Positions 49,938 through 59,632 of a DNA stretch of 64,000 nucleotides are shown here, piece after piece. The position numbers were made by a program, and so were the translations under genes. Positions within the stretch are counted from its first letter, which is position 1, and every line of letters starts with the position of its first letter. Source of the stretch: Candidatus Auribacterota bacterium (GTDB taxonomy: Bacteria > Auribacterota > JAFGBW01 > JAFGJP01); the NCBI GenBank assembly GCA_023144635.1, contig JAGLFH010000030.1, forward strand, positions 18,386 through 82,385, given 5' to 3'. Below the pieces are notes generated by a model. It made no database searches. It had not been told where the DNA came from and saw nothing but the letters and a program-made list of their open reading frames with translations.

Positions 49938-50083
49938 TTTCCGCCAAAGGCGGATCCGCCTCGGGCGGAAAAAATGTTGGTCCTTCGACTCACTACATTC
50001 GCTCAGGATTTAAAAGCGCTGAAGCGCAATTATTTAAAGGTTATCACAGAGAAATAAGTAGGGGCGAATAATCATTCGCCCGT
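49938..50083. repeat. Cluster of REP-like palindromes
   Basis: CCGCC-AAA-GGCGG-A-TCCGCC-TCG-GGCGGA double hairpin; TCCTTCGACTCACTACATTCGCTCAGGA; GTAG-GGGCGAAT-AATC-ATTCGCCC. Confidence 0.65.
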
Positions 50084-50107
50084 GAAAAAGCTGAAAAAAG
50101 TTAAATT

Positions 50108-50773
50108 ATGAACTCAATAAGAAACTTTGGTATTAAGCAAATATTAATATTTATTTTTATCCTTATCCTCTCAATTGCTTTTTCAGGTTGCCGTCATATA
50201 AGCAATAAAGAGAAGAAACTTGTAAAAATAAGCTCAGTTATATTTGACATAATTATTGATATTCGCTATGCAACAACAAATAATTTTACCGGCAAAAAAC
50301 TCTATTGTAATCCATATTGCTATCTCTTGTCTTCTACTGCAGATAAACTAAAGAATGTTCAAAGCGAGTTAACAGAGAAAGAATTATTTCTTAAAATCTA
50401 TGATGCCTACAGGCCGCTAAAAGTACAAAAAGAGATGTGGAAATATTTAGCAGATGAGCGTTATATAGCGAATCCTTTATATGCTAGCCATAGTCGTGGT
50501 GCAGCAGTTGATGTTACATTAGTTGATAAAAATGGTGTTGATCTTGATATGGGTACTGAGTTTGATGAATTTTCAAAAAAGTCTGCTCCTGGTTATTTTG
50601 GCTTTCCAACAGATATTTTATATAACCGGATTTTATTAAAAAAAGTAATGAAAAAACATGGTTTTATACAGAGTACAACTGAATGGTGGCATTTTTTTGA
50701 CAAGGATTGGAAAAAATACCCTATTCTAGATTTAGAAGACGCAGATCTTCGCAAATTAGAAGATGCAGATTAA
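50108..50773 (+). CDS. ddpX: D-alanyl-D-alanine dipeptidase (VanX/DdpX, M15D), probable lipoprotein
   Basis: DIRYATTNNFTG, YDAYRP, SHSRGAAVD, DMGTEFD, EWWHF; lipobox-like FSGC. Confidence 0.88.
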   Translation: MNSIRNFGIKQILIFIFILILSIAFSGCRHISNKEKKLVKISSVIFDIIIDIRYATTNNFTGKKLYCNPYCYLLSSTADKLKNVQSELTEKELFLKIYDAYRPLKVQKEMWKYLADERYIANPLYASHSRGAAVDVTLVDKNGVDLDMGTEFDEFSKKSAPGYFGFPTDILYNRILLKKVMKKHGFIQSTTEWWHFFDKDWKKYPILDLEDADLRKLEDAD

Positions 50774-50780
50774 CGCAGAT
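50738..50780 (+). repeat. Orphan (C)GCAGAT repeat array resembling the left arm of the GxxExxY cassette
   Basis: GACGCAGAT-CTTCGCAAAT-TAGAAGATGCAGAT-TAACGCAGAT; unit ends spaced 10/14/10 nt, as at 39175-39217. Confidence 0.65.
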
Positions 50781-50897
50781 TGGGGAAAAACGAGGGATGA
50801 AGGATGACCGCAAAAGCAGGCTATAGTCCCCGCATCTTTGTTTTGTTATACAAAACAGCAGGGGATTAACGCAGATAAAAATGATCAGAAAAAGTAA

Positions 50898-50923
50898 GTA
50901 GGGGTGCAAGGCCTTGCGTCTAT
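50898..50923. repeat. GTAG-type REP-like palindrome
   Basis: GTAGGGGTGCAAGGCCTTGCGTCTAT imperfect hairpin. Confidence 0.5.
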
Positions 50924-51079
50924 GTGAAAATAAAACGTATGTATGGGTTGTGCTTGTCTTGTCCTGTTTTTTTTCTTTTAATTATTCAGCGAAGTGTTCC
51001 TTGAACCAGTTAACTTTTTAACCAATTAACTCTTCCCTTCCTACTTTTTACTTGATTCTTCTGTCCTCTGACTTTTGTT

Positions 51080-53509
51080 TTATTCTTTTGAGAAAACAGG
51101 ATCGTTTTTTTGAATATCGTGTATTTGATCAATAACAGCTATTTCAGCGATGGCGCCTTTAAGGCTTGGAAGCACCTGTATAATTTTAAATTGGTAGCTT
51201 TTTCCATCACCCTTTTTCACCCATACAGTATCACCCTTGTTTATCGTAGAAATAGTTTCAACATATATCCTTCCAAAATCCAGACCAACATCAGAAACTG
51301 TTCCAGATTGTACTAGAGCATTTCCAGCAGGTTCAACTTCTTCTTCCTTTTGAGGTGATGGAGCAGGAGTTGCTTCCACAACTGCAGCAGTTTCAGGTTG
51401 AGAGGAAACTGCTGTATCTACGAGAACTGGTATTTCAACTGTAGTATCAACATTTGTTCTTTCAACAGGGATACCTTCTAAAACTGTAATGCTTTGCTGC
51501 TCTGCGCTTCTGGCTTCAATGCTGGATATGACTTCATTATATGATTTTCGAAGAGATTCTTTTTCTTTTTCTATCTCTGATCTTGCTAGTTCTTGAACCT
51601 GTTTAATTATAAGATTAGCATTATTTTTGATCTCTTGCTTTTCTTTTTCAAGTGTTTCATACCTGTTTTTTACATTATCAAGGTCAGCTACGGCTGTTTG
51701 CTTTTCTTGAAAAGCTTTATCTATTTCTGTTTTAAGTGAAAGTTTTTCGCTGGAAAGAGTTTTTATTGTGGAATCTTTTTCCTGCAATTTAGCCTGCATC
51801 TTCATGAGATCTTCTTTATAAAGATCTATTATAGCAGCACGTGCAGCTGCAGAATTTGCTACAGATATTTTTTCATTATCAATAGTAGAAGTTTCCATGT
51901 TTTCCTGCATGGCTTCAGAAACAATTCCTACTATCAGCTCTTCTTTTTCTGCATCTCTTATTCTGCGGGTGTCACCAATTTGTTCAGCCAGAAGTTCATT
52001 TTCGTGTTTTATTACAGCTTTTTCTCTAAAAGCAAGTTCTGCTTTTTCTTCCAAAGCCAAATTAGTAAGCTCAAGAGACTTTATTTTTTCTTTTAGTAGC
52101 TTAATGTTTTTTCCTAATTTTTTCTTTTCTATAGTAATTGAAGCCAATTTGTCGCTTGATGAAGAGATAATAGTCGAAAGACTTTGTTTTTCCAAATCAA
52201 ATTCTTTTCTCATTACAGATGCCTGATCGGCCATTTCCTCCTTAAGACCAGCTGTTTCATTTTTCAGTGTTGTTATCTTTTCATTCTTGAGAGTATCCTG
52301 TTCCTGGATCTTTGCAAATTTATTTTGCCTTTGACTGTCTTTTTTAAGTAGTTCTTCGCTTTGTGAAGAGAGGTTACCTATTTCGTTTTTAAGGGTTTCT
52401 ATCTGATTGCGGAATTTACGCATTAACGCAGTTTTTTCTTCCAGATAAGTTTTTTCTTTTAAATTCAGTTTTTCTTCGATTCTTTTATCAGCCTTTTGCT
52501 CTGCTGCAAAAAGATCTTCACGAGTTTTTGCAACGTCTTTTTTAAAATTCTTGATTTGCAAAGCATGTCTTTGTTCAAGAGAAGAGTAATCTCTTTTTAA
52601 TGCCAGTATCTGTGCTCTATAATGGCCTTCCATATTTTCTTTTTCTTCTGCGTGCTGTTTTTCAAGCTTTTCTATTGTTTCATTAAATGTAAGTTGTGCT
52701 TCTCTATCTTTTTCAAGCTTGTTTTCCTTGAGGTAAGAAATATCATTTTTAAGAGATGCTATTTCTGCATTGTACTTCTTTTTAAGAGAAGATATTTCAT
52801 CTTCATAAAGTTTTTCATTTTCATCGATTACCGATCTTATCTTTTTTGAAGTCTCATTTTCTTTTTCAAAGAGTTTGCTTTTTACGGAATTTATTTCTTC
52901 CCTAAGAGCACGGATGGTTGTTTGCCTTTCGCTTAAATTTTCTTTATTGCTTTCTTTGGATCTTGTTAGTGAATCTATGTTTTGCTGCAGTTTAAATTTA
53001 TTTTGTTCAAGTTCTTCTATTCTAAGTGAAAGGCCATTTATTTTTTCCTCAAAAAAATTGACTTGTTTTGTGTAAGATACTTCTATATCCTGTTTTTCAT
53101 TCTCAAAGTTATCTTCCATTTTATCTTTAAGGGTTTGTAGAGCTTCAATTGCTGCTTTTTTGCTGTATTCGTATGATTCATCAGGAAGAGCACCTGCATT
53201 TTCAGGAATAGGAACTGATCGGAGTAATTTGGCATATTTTTTAAAAAAACCACTTCTTTCAAGAATCTCGACTTCTTCAGTAGTTACATTTGATATGTTC
53301 TGTATTCTCTTGATCGGGAATTCTATCTCACCAAAATTGTAACGTAAAATAATAGATGAATCATTTGCAGACCCTATAATACCTTCAAGGACTTTCCCGT
53401 TCTTTAATTCAATAGTTGCTGGATAAGATGAAAAAAGCGGGAACAAAACTAATATACAGGTAAAAGCGAATAGAACAGAAATAGAAGAAAACCTAATTTT
53501 TTTCATCAT
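51080..53509 (-). CDS. Exported or membrane-anchored long coiled-coil protein of unknown function
   Basis: Signal or TM segment, small N-terminal beta module IELKNGKVLEG, roughly 550 aa of E/K-rich heptads, Pro/Ala linker, C-terminal beta domain. Confidence 0.7.
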   Translation of the reverse strand: MMKKIRFSSISVLFAFTCILVLFPLFSSYPATIELKNGKVLEGIIGSANDSSIILRYNFGEIEFPIKRIQNISNVTTEEVEILERSGFFKKYAKLLRSVPIPENAGALPDESYEYSKKAAIEALQTLKDKMEDNFENEKQDIEVSYTKQVNFFEEKINGLSLRIEELEQNKFKLQQNIDSLTRSKESNKENLSERQTTIRALREEINSVKSKLFEKENETSKKIRSVIDENEKLYEDEISSLKKKYNAEIASLKNDISYLKENKLEKDREAQLTFNETIEKLEKQHAEEKENMEGHYRAQILALKRDYSSLEQRHALQIKNFKKDVAKTREDLFAAEQKADKRIEEKLNLKEKTYLEEKTALMRKFRNQIETLKNEIGNLSSQSEELLKKDSQRQNKFAKIQEQDTLKNEKITTLKNETAGLKEEMADQASVMRKEFDLEKQSLSTIISSSSDKLASITIEKKKLGKNIKLLKEKIKSLELTNLALEEKAELAFREKAVIKHENELLAEQIGDTRRIRDAEKEELIVGIVSEAMQENMETSTIDNEKISVANSAAARAAIIDLYKEDLMKMQAKLQEKDSTIKTLSSEKLSLKTEIDKAFQEKQTAVADLDNVKNRYETLEKEKQEIKNNANLIIKQVQELARSEIEKEKESLRKSYNEVISSIEARSAEQQSITVLEGIPVERTNVDTTVEIPVLVDTAVSSQPETAAVVEATPAPSPQKEEEVEPAGNALVQSGTVSDVGLDFGRIYVETISTINKGDTVWVKKGDGKSYQFKIIQVLPSLKGAIAEIAVIDQIHDIQKNDPVFSKE

Positions 53510-53545
53510 GACCTCTCTTTTAGCAGATTACTGAGATTATCGAAA

Positions 53546-53561
53546 AGCATATATTGTGCCA
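53546..53561 (-). promoter_or_regulatory. Sigma54 (-24/-12) promoter
   Basis: Minus strand reads TGGCACAATATATGCT, matching TGGCAC-N5-TTGCW spacing, about 37 nt upstream of the 53509 start. Confidence 0.6.
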
Positions 53562-53771
53562 TTACAAAGGGGCTTGAAATCTGGTGTAAAATTAACGGCT
53601 TAAAATTAATAAACTACTATTAACAAGTAAGTTACAATAATAAGTCTGTTCAAAGTATTAAAAGTCTATATTATATATATATGGAACTTTTTTCCTAATA
53701 AACTGCTATAATTGCTGTTTTAGTTAGTACGCCGGAGGTGTTTCAGGCAATTGGCTATTATCTTTTAATAA

Positions 53772-54584
53772 TTATTTTATTGATAAAGCGCCGTATCCTA
53801 CAACTTCAGTATTGTTGCCGGTTACATCTCCGCTTGTTCCATAAGCTATTAATGTGCCTTTACTTGCACCAAGAGCTTTAGCTGTAAGTAAAGTAACGTA
53901 TACAGGAGGAAGGCCGCACATCGAAATATCTCTATTATGTACTTCATCCCATAATTTATCTTCATCAAGTTCTTCTATTGCTTTAAAACAGATATTGTCC
54001 TTTTCTTTAGCAGAATCTGCAGGTACATAGTGTGAAAAATCAGTACTTGCTACAATAAGTGTTTTTTCTTGGGTTTCCTTTATTGTCTCAGCAAGTGCTA
54101 AAGCAAACTCTTTAAGGTTTTCCGGTCGATGTTCAGATATAGCAACTGGTATTATCTTTAAATTGTTTTTATCTTTGCAAGTATATTGTAAAAAAGGTAA
54201 CTGAACCTCAATGGAATGTTCGTAGAGATGTGCATTGATATCTGATTTTGCAGGAGATGCTTTTTCAATCAATGAAGCAGTAAATTCTTCATTAATTTTT
54301 ACTTGTCCGTATGGAGTGATCCATGCTCCTTTTTCAAATACAGATATTGTAGTACCTCTACCTGTATGATTTGGACCAAGAATCACGATATTGTCAGGAA
54401 CCACAACTGAAGTATATGCTTTAGCAGCTATTTTACCGGAGTAAGGATAACCTGCATGAGGTGCAATAATAGCAATTGCTTCTTCAGCTTCTTCAGAATT
54501 TATTATTATAGATGAAAAAAAACTGTCAAGGTCACTTGCCCGTGAAGGATAAAATTGTCCGGCAACGATTGATTCTCGTATCAT
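53772..54584 (-). CDS. amrB: AmmeMemoRadiSam system protein B (MEMO1 family)
   Basis: VAGQFYP, APHAGYPYSG, LGPNH, EHSIEVQLPFLQ, STDFSHY, SMCG, VVGY. Confidence 0.9.
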   Translation of the reverse strand: MIRESIVAGQFYPSRASDLDSFFSSIIINSEEAEEAIAIIAPHAGYPYSGKIAAKAYTSVVVPDNIVILGPNHTGRGTTISVFEKGAWITPYGQVKINEEFTASLIEKASPAKSDINAHLYEHSIEVQLPFLQYTCKDKNNLKIIPVAISEHRPENLKEFALALAETIKETQEKTLIVASTDFSHYVPADSAKEKDNICFKAIEELDEDKLWDEVHNRDISMCGLPPVYVTLLTAKALGASKGTLIAYGTSGDVTGNNTEVVGYGALSIK

Positions 54585-54673
54585 GATATGTTCCTCCTGA
54601 ATAGTTTTTTTGTCTTCCGCTTAAAAACTATTAAATTTTTATAATAAGTTATTGTAAAAGCTAAAAACTATCA

Positions 54674-55378
54674 CTATTTTTTTTCATTTTTAATAGTAAT
54701 ATTTTGTATTCCTTCCCATTTTTTTATTATAGCTATGATCTTATCTAATTCCAGCGGTTTGAACCAGCTAAGACGAAAATCAAGGCAATATTTTTTATTT
54801 TCAAGATTACAGCTGTAGTCGATCTCATTTATAATAATATGGTATTTTTCAAATTCTTTGTATATGAAGTTTGTGTCGTTTATAAGTTTGTCAAATGTTA
54901 GTCTGACAATAGCTGTGCTTTTGATGTTTTTCATGTTTTTTTCAATAATATCTAAAATTGTTATTGTGAAAAAAACAGCAAGAGTTGTTACGGCGGCTGG
55001 AACAAAAAACCCTGCGCCTATCGTAAGGCCTATTATTGCAGAAGTCCATAATCCTGCAGCAGTTGTAAGGCCTCTTATTGATACTCCAAAACGAAGTATG
55101 GCTCCTGCACCTAAAAAACCTATTCCGCTTATAACTTGAGCCGGTATTCTTGAGACATTCATGTTAGGATACATTTCTTGAAGATAAAAAGAAAGACTCA
55201 TGGCAAGCATGGCCCCTATTGTTAGGATTATATGTGTTCTAAGTCCTGCAGCCTGTCCCTTTCTTTCTCGTTCAAGGCCGAGTAATCCTCCCAAAAAACA
55301 GCAGAGCAACAGCTTATATATAAAAATAGAAAAACTATTTTCAGATAAAAACGTTAAAGAGTTTAATAAATGATCCAT
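54674..55378 (-). CDS. MgtC/SapB family membrane protein
   Basis: GLERE..GQAAGLRTH, AQVISGIGFLGAGAI, GLTTAAGLW. Confidence 0.92.
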   Translation of the reverse strand: MDHLLNSLTFLSENSFSIFIYKLLLCCFLGGLLGLERERKGQAAGLRTHIILTIGAMLAMSLSFYLQEMYPNMNVSRIPAQVISGIGFLGAGAILRFGVSIRGLTTAAGLWTSAIIGLTIGAGFFVPAAVTTLAVFFTITILDIIEKNMKNIKSTAIVRLTFDKLINDTNFIYKEFEKYHIIINEIDYSCNLENKKYCLDFRLSWFKPLELDKIIAIIKKWEGIQNITIKNEKK

Positions 55379-55569
55379 ACATATTCCTTTCCCGGTAACT
55401 TAATAATCTAATGAGTAATAAAACAAAATGCAAGTAATTTATTATATGTTTTATCTTTAAAGATGTATAAGAAGATTATCTGATTTTACATGTTTTTCTT
55501 TTTTTGTAAAACTTGTTTTTTATATTAAAAATTATCAATTTATAGTAAAATTTATATAATTAGCCTGAA

Positions 55570-55690
55570 TATTTCACAAGCTAAGTATGCTACAGATGCA
55601 AGGCATCAAATTCGCAGCTGTATTAACATACTGCAAGAGTTTGATAACGAGGCATATGTGGCATCCTCCACAAAGCTCTGGCGGATCTTT
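55570..55690. repeat. Long imperfect palindromic intergenic element
   Basis: GCTACAGATGC..ATCAAATTC.GCAG.TGT/ATACTGC..GAGTTTGAT..GCATATGTGGC nested inverted repeats in an otherwise AT-rich spacer. Confidence 0.5.
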
Positions 55691-55872
55691 GATAATCAGC
55701 TTACCTAAAGGTAAAAAACACTGAAAAAATATTCTATTTCCTTATAAAAAATAAAGGTGACAAAATGTAACCAAACGATTCTTTTTTTTCTTTGTAATTT
55801 ACCGGTTATAAAATAGTTAAAAACTCTCTTCGGTGGTTTTTATGAAATTTTCAGGTTAATAGGAGTGATGTC

Positions 55873-56376
55873 ATGACGGATGAAAATATGGATAAAAAAG
55901 TTTCTCTTCAGAATATTTTAAAAGGCTATGGATTTGAAGATAAGTATTTATATCTTCTTGATGTTGTGCCACTTATTGAGATTGCCTGGGCTGATGGAAT
56001 AATACAAGTTGGGGAATTGGGACTCATTAAAGAGTTTATTGTAAAACACATCGAAAATATTAATAAAGGAGCTGGCGTTTCTGTTATATCACGTGATGAA
56101 GGAGTAGAATTTATCGAAAGATTTACAGTTAAACGTCCTGACCCTGAATTAATGAAAGTCCTGAGATCTATGGTAGTACCTTTGCGTTTGCAAAGTGCAG
56201 AGGCCTCAAAAAATACAGAGCAAAAACTTAATATCTTAAAATTTTGTATGGATATTGCTGCAAGCAGTGTTATTGAATATCCTTATGGCTCTCATGAACG
56301 TTTTTGTGATGATGAGAAAGCAATATTTCTTGAGATCATGAAAAATCTCGGCATCTCTCCGACAAAGATTGTTTAG
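55873..56376 (+). CDS. TerB-like conserved hypothetical protein
   Basis: PLIEIAWADG...E motif; AGGAG RBS. Confidence 0.6.
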   Translation: MTDENMDKKVSLQNILKGYGFEDKYLYLLDVVPLIEIAWADGIIQVGELGLIKEFIVKHIENINKGAGVSVISRDEGVEFIERFTVKRPDPELMKVLRSMVVPLRLQSAEASKNTEQKLNILKFCMDIAASSVIEYPYGSHERFCDDEKAIFLEIMKNLGISPTKIV

Positions 56377-56519
56377 AAGAATCACTTTTGTTCCAGAATA
56401 CACCGGTCAGGATCTGTCTGAAGCAAATTTATTTTTATTCTGTCTGAATCTTTGTGCTTTTGGTTTCTGCATCACTCATCTTATTTTGTTTGCTGTTTGA
56501 GGTTCCTCAACTTCACATT

Positions 56520-57990
56520 TTACATTTTTTTAATTTCTTTTTGTTCCCAGTTAAAAAAATAAATTACAAAAGCTACAACAAATATGCTCCATATAGCTGC
56601 AGAAATATAGTTTCCTTTGATTATCCCGTAAAAAGAAGAATAAGAAAATCCCACGATAATAAGGATTATTTCAATTATCTTTTCAGCAATAATATTTATG
56701 ATCATTGAAATAAATGGAAATATACTACCTGCAAAACATGAGAAAACACCCATCTGTATAACTATATATACGAATGGGACGACAAGCATATTTATAAGAG
56801 AAGCAAAAAGAGAACATTCTTGAAAATTAAAAAGAAGAACAGGGGCAGTAAAAAACCATGCAGAAAAACATATTGAAAAAGCGTTTAATATCTTGCGTAT
56901 AGTTCCTCTGTATAAGCCCAACTTTGTATTATTTTCTGGAATTATTGGAAAGATCAGTTTAATTTTGTTTGATATCCGTTTTCCCATTGTTGCAATACCT
57001 AAGACAGCTGCAAAGGAAAGCTGAAAACCGGCAGTAAAAATACTTGCTGGATTTATTAACAAAAATATAAGGCCGCATACTGCAAGAGCATTAAGAGTAT
57101 TGTAATCACGGTATATTTTTTTACTTATTATCATTATAAATAACATGGTAAATGCTCTTAAAGAGGAAGTGCGTGCTCCAGTGATAAAAAGGTAAAAAAG
57201 AGAAAACAACAGTTGCAAAATGAAGACCAGAAATGGAGAATATGTGGAATGTGCCTGTATCTTTGAATTGCTGTTTAATTCCACCGGATATGTTTTTTCT
57301 GTTACCTATAATAAGTGCGCTGTAAATATTCTGAGCCTCAATTTTTCTGAATCCTAAGAATAAAATATTTTCAAGGTGATCTCTTATCTTGTTTTTTGTT
57401 TTCATTAAAAGAGATTCTTTTCTTTTAATATCAAATAGTTTAATAGAATTTATTTTATTTACAAACACCAGCCCGCTTATTTTTTTTGATAAAAGTGTAA
57501 AGGAACGCATATCCATTACATCAAGAGCTTTTATCTTTCCTTTAAAAGATAAAAATCTTCTTTCATCTTTATCGATGAGTGAGCCGGTTGGTAAAATTGC
57601 CAGTAATTTCAGGTTTCCAGTTTCATGTAGGACTTTACCATACTTAATGCTTTCAGCTTGAATGAGTGCTTTAATGTTTTTATCGGTTGAAGAACAGGAA
57701 ATAATATAACCTTCAATATGAGCTGTTACATTTTCTTGTGGGAGGATATTTTTAATGAATTTATTCTTGATATGAAAATAATATTCAGTGTAAAAAACAG
57801 ACAAAAGAAAAAGAGTAAAAAGGATTATAGACCTAAAACCTTTTTTAATTGCAACATAATATATAACTTGGAATGTGATCAGAATAAAAAACACGATACT
57901 ATATATGGCAGGTGCTTTTATTAATAAAAAGCCCGTTATAGAACCTAAGGTGAAAATAAAAAAAGCGGCAAGTGCCGGAAAGCGCTCCAT
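56520..57990 (-). pseudogene. comEC: ComEC/Rec2 competence channel, frameshifted with an apparent internal deletion
   Basis: Frame 1 ends after GTFHIFSISGLH; frame 2 carries TGARTSSLRA, GFQLSFAA and SLINMLVVP; the frame switch lies in a T-rich tract near 57185-57210. Confidence 0.82.
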
Positions 57991-58026
57991 AGAAAATAAC
58001 TGATTTCTTTACTATTTATTTAAAGC

Positions 58027-58530
58027 TCAAGCTTTTTTTGACGTTTGTTTTGTTAAATATAAAATATAATTTTCCAGTGCTTCATTTTTGTTAAGAAATT
58101 CTGCACCAAATGTCTGGATAGATGCATCATCGTTAGACCAAACAAGCTTACATGGTATATTGCAATCTTTTATATCATCATTATTTTTTATCTCTATTAT
58201 TATTTCATCTTCTTTTTTAAACTTAATAGGAGGATCCTTTATTTTGCATTTCAAACCCATGGAACTGATATTCTCTATTGTTGCAAAATGCTGAGCGGAT
58301 CTTGATTTGTTATGGATGAATGCTTCAAGATTTACATCTATTCTTTTTGCACAGCGCTTTTCTATGCCTTTATATTTTTCTGTATTTATAAATTCGACAT
58401 GATAGGGTGTGCAGAATTTTCTTTTTCTGCAAAGGCTTATAAGTATTGCAAACGTAACAGTTACATAAAGGATGATTACACCGAGCGCGAGTAAGATCTT
58501 AGATATGCTTATAAAATCAAAATCACTCAT
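58027..58530 (-). CDS. Membrane-anchored PilZ-domain protein
   Basis: N-terminal TM; EKRCAKR and NISSMG motifs. Confidence 0.78.
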   Translation of the reverse strand: MSDFDFISISKILLALGVIILYVTVTFAILISLCRKRKFCTPYHVEFINTEKYKGIEKRCAKRIDVNLEAFIHNKSRSAQHFATIENISSMGLKCKIKDPPIKFKKEDEIIIEIKNNDDIKDCNIPCKLVWSNDDASIQTFGAEFLNKNEALENYILYLTKQTSKKA

Positions 58531-59146
58531 TGAACCTTTTCCTTTTTTTCATTTTTAAAAGAACATCACGTATTTCCTGTGTATCTATTTTTATTTCTTT
58601 TTGAGGAGATTTCTTTTTTATAATAAATATAATTTTTTGTATCATATTATCAATATCCTGAAGATCAGTCTTTTTTTTGTAATCAAGATTTGACATCATA
58701 TCATTAAAGCTCATCTCAACATCTTTAAATGCATCACGCTTTCTAAAAGAAACCCTTTTACTGTATTTTCCGCGTGATACGTCTCTCATCGCTTTATTTA
58801 ATTTATATAATGGCCCTGCTATACGGTGAGAAGCCATGGTGCTTGGTACAAGTATTACTGCAAAAAGGAACACTGCAAAAATGGATGTTTCAAAAAGGAT
58901 GTACTCCGGAAGCTGTTTAGTGGAAGTGTTTGAAACAAGATCTGTTCCTGTAAAACTGTTTATAAGAAGTGAATAGACTTTATTGTCATAACGCAGCCGG
59001 TATATTTGATCAGAATATTTTTGATGTATATGATAAAAAAAAGCAAGGGTAAGAAAAATAACAACACATGATTGAAAAAGGAAAAAAAAAGCAAATCTTA
59101 TTTGAAAATTCTTATTTATCAGATATCTTTTTCTAATATTTTTCAT
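58523..59146 (-). CDS. Two-TM HAMP-like membrane protein
   Basis: RKRYLINKNFQ, two TMs, SHRIAGPLYK..., FRKRD...FNDM. Confidence 0.75.
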   Translation of the reverse strand: MKNIRKRYLINKNFQIRFAFFFLFQSCVVIFLTLAFFYHIHQKYSDQIYRLRYDNKVYSLLINSFTGTDLVSNTSTKQLPEYILFETSIFAVFLFAVILVPSTMASHRIAGPLYKLNKAMRDVSRGKYSKRVSFRKRDAFKDVEMSFNDMMSNLDYKKKTDLQDIDNMIQKIIFIIKKKSPQKEIKIDTQEIRDVLLKMKKRKRFNE

Positions 59147-59233
59147 AAAGTCTCCTCACAAACTTTTAGAACCGGCGGTGAGTGGGATCATTTATGAATG
59201 ATATAGCCGGGTCTGGCTATCGGGTACAGTCAA

Positions 59234-59632
59234 TTAATTGAGAAAATGTTCAATAAATTCGGCAAAGGCAAAAGAATCCTGTTTTTGTACGTTCTTAAAA
59301 GAAAGTGCAACAGTGTAAAGTTCGGTCAGATTTATCTTCTCACACCGTAAAACGGTACCGGATATCACAAGCTTTCTAAGAGGATATGTAGGTAATGCCA
59401 GTGTTATGTCAAGATTGTTTCCAACGTTTATAGACTCAAAAGTTTCAAAGCATAAACCGCCTACACTTAAATTAAGACTGTTTCCGTAGACAACTTCTTT
59501 ATTATTACTGATTGGAATACTACCGTTATCGTTTATGCGATATCGTATTATTGACCAAAAAGGAATCCTGATATTTTGTCTTCTTTCAGGAGCATGTTTT
59601 TTTAAAACGACCATATTACACCTATACAACAA
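59234..59632 (-). CDS. PilZ-domain protein
   Basis: ERRQNIR and NLSVGG motifs. Confidence 0.8.
   Translation of the reverse strand: MLYRCNMVVLKKHAPERRQNIRIPFWSIIRYRINDNGSIPISNNKEVVYGNSLNLSVGGLCFETFESINVGNNLDITLALPTYPLRKLVISGTVLRCEKINLTELYTVALSFKNVQKQDSFAFAEFIEHFLN

Noticed and set aside
19895..50880. CRISPR array interpretation of the short repeat arrays
   Set aside because: Units are 7-14 nt with no unique spacers of CRISPR length, and no cas genes are present.
56400..56430. SRP RNA-like motif GGTCAGG...GAAGCA
   Set aside because: Lacks the conserved CCGGAAGG loop and the long flanking helix.
59165..59232. c-di-GMP-I riboswitch or tRNA fragment next to the PilZ genes
   Set aside because: Only a partial resemblance (ATAGCCGGGT) on the strand opposite the genes; the GGCAAA/GAAA/GCAAA elements and a cloverleaf are absent.
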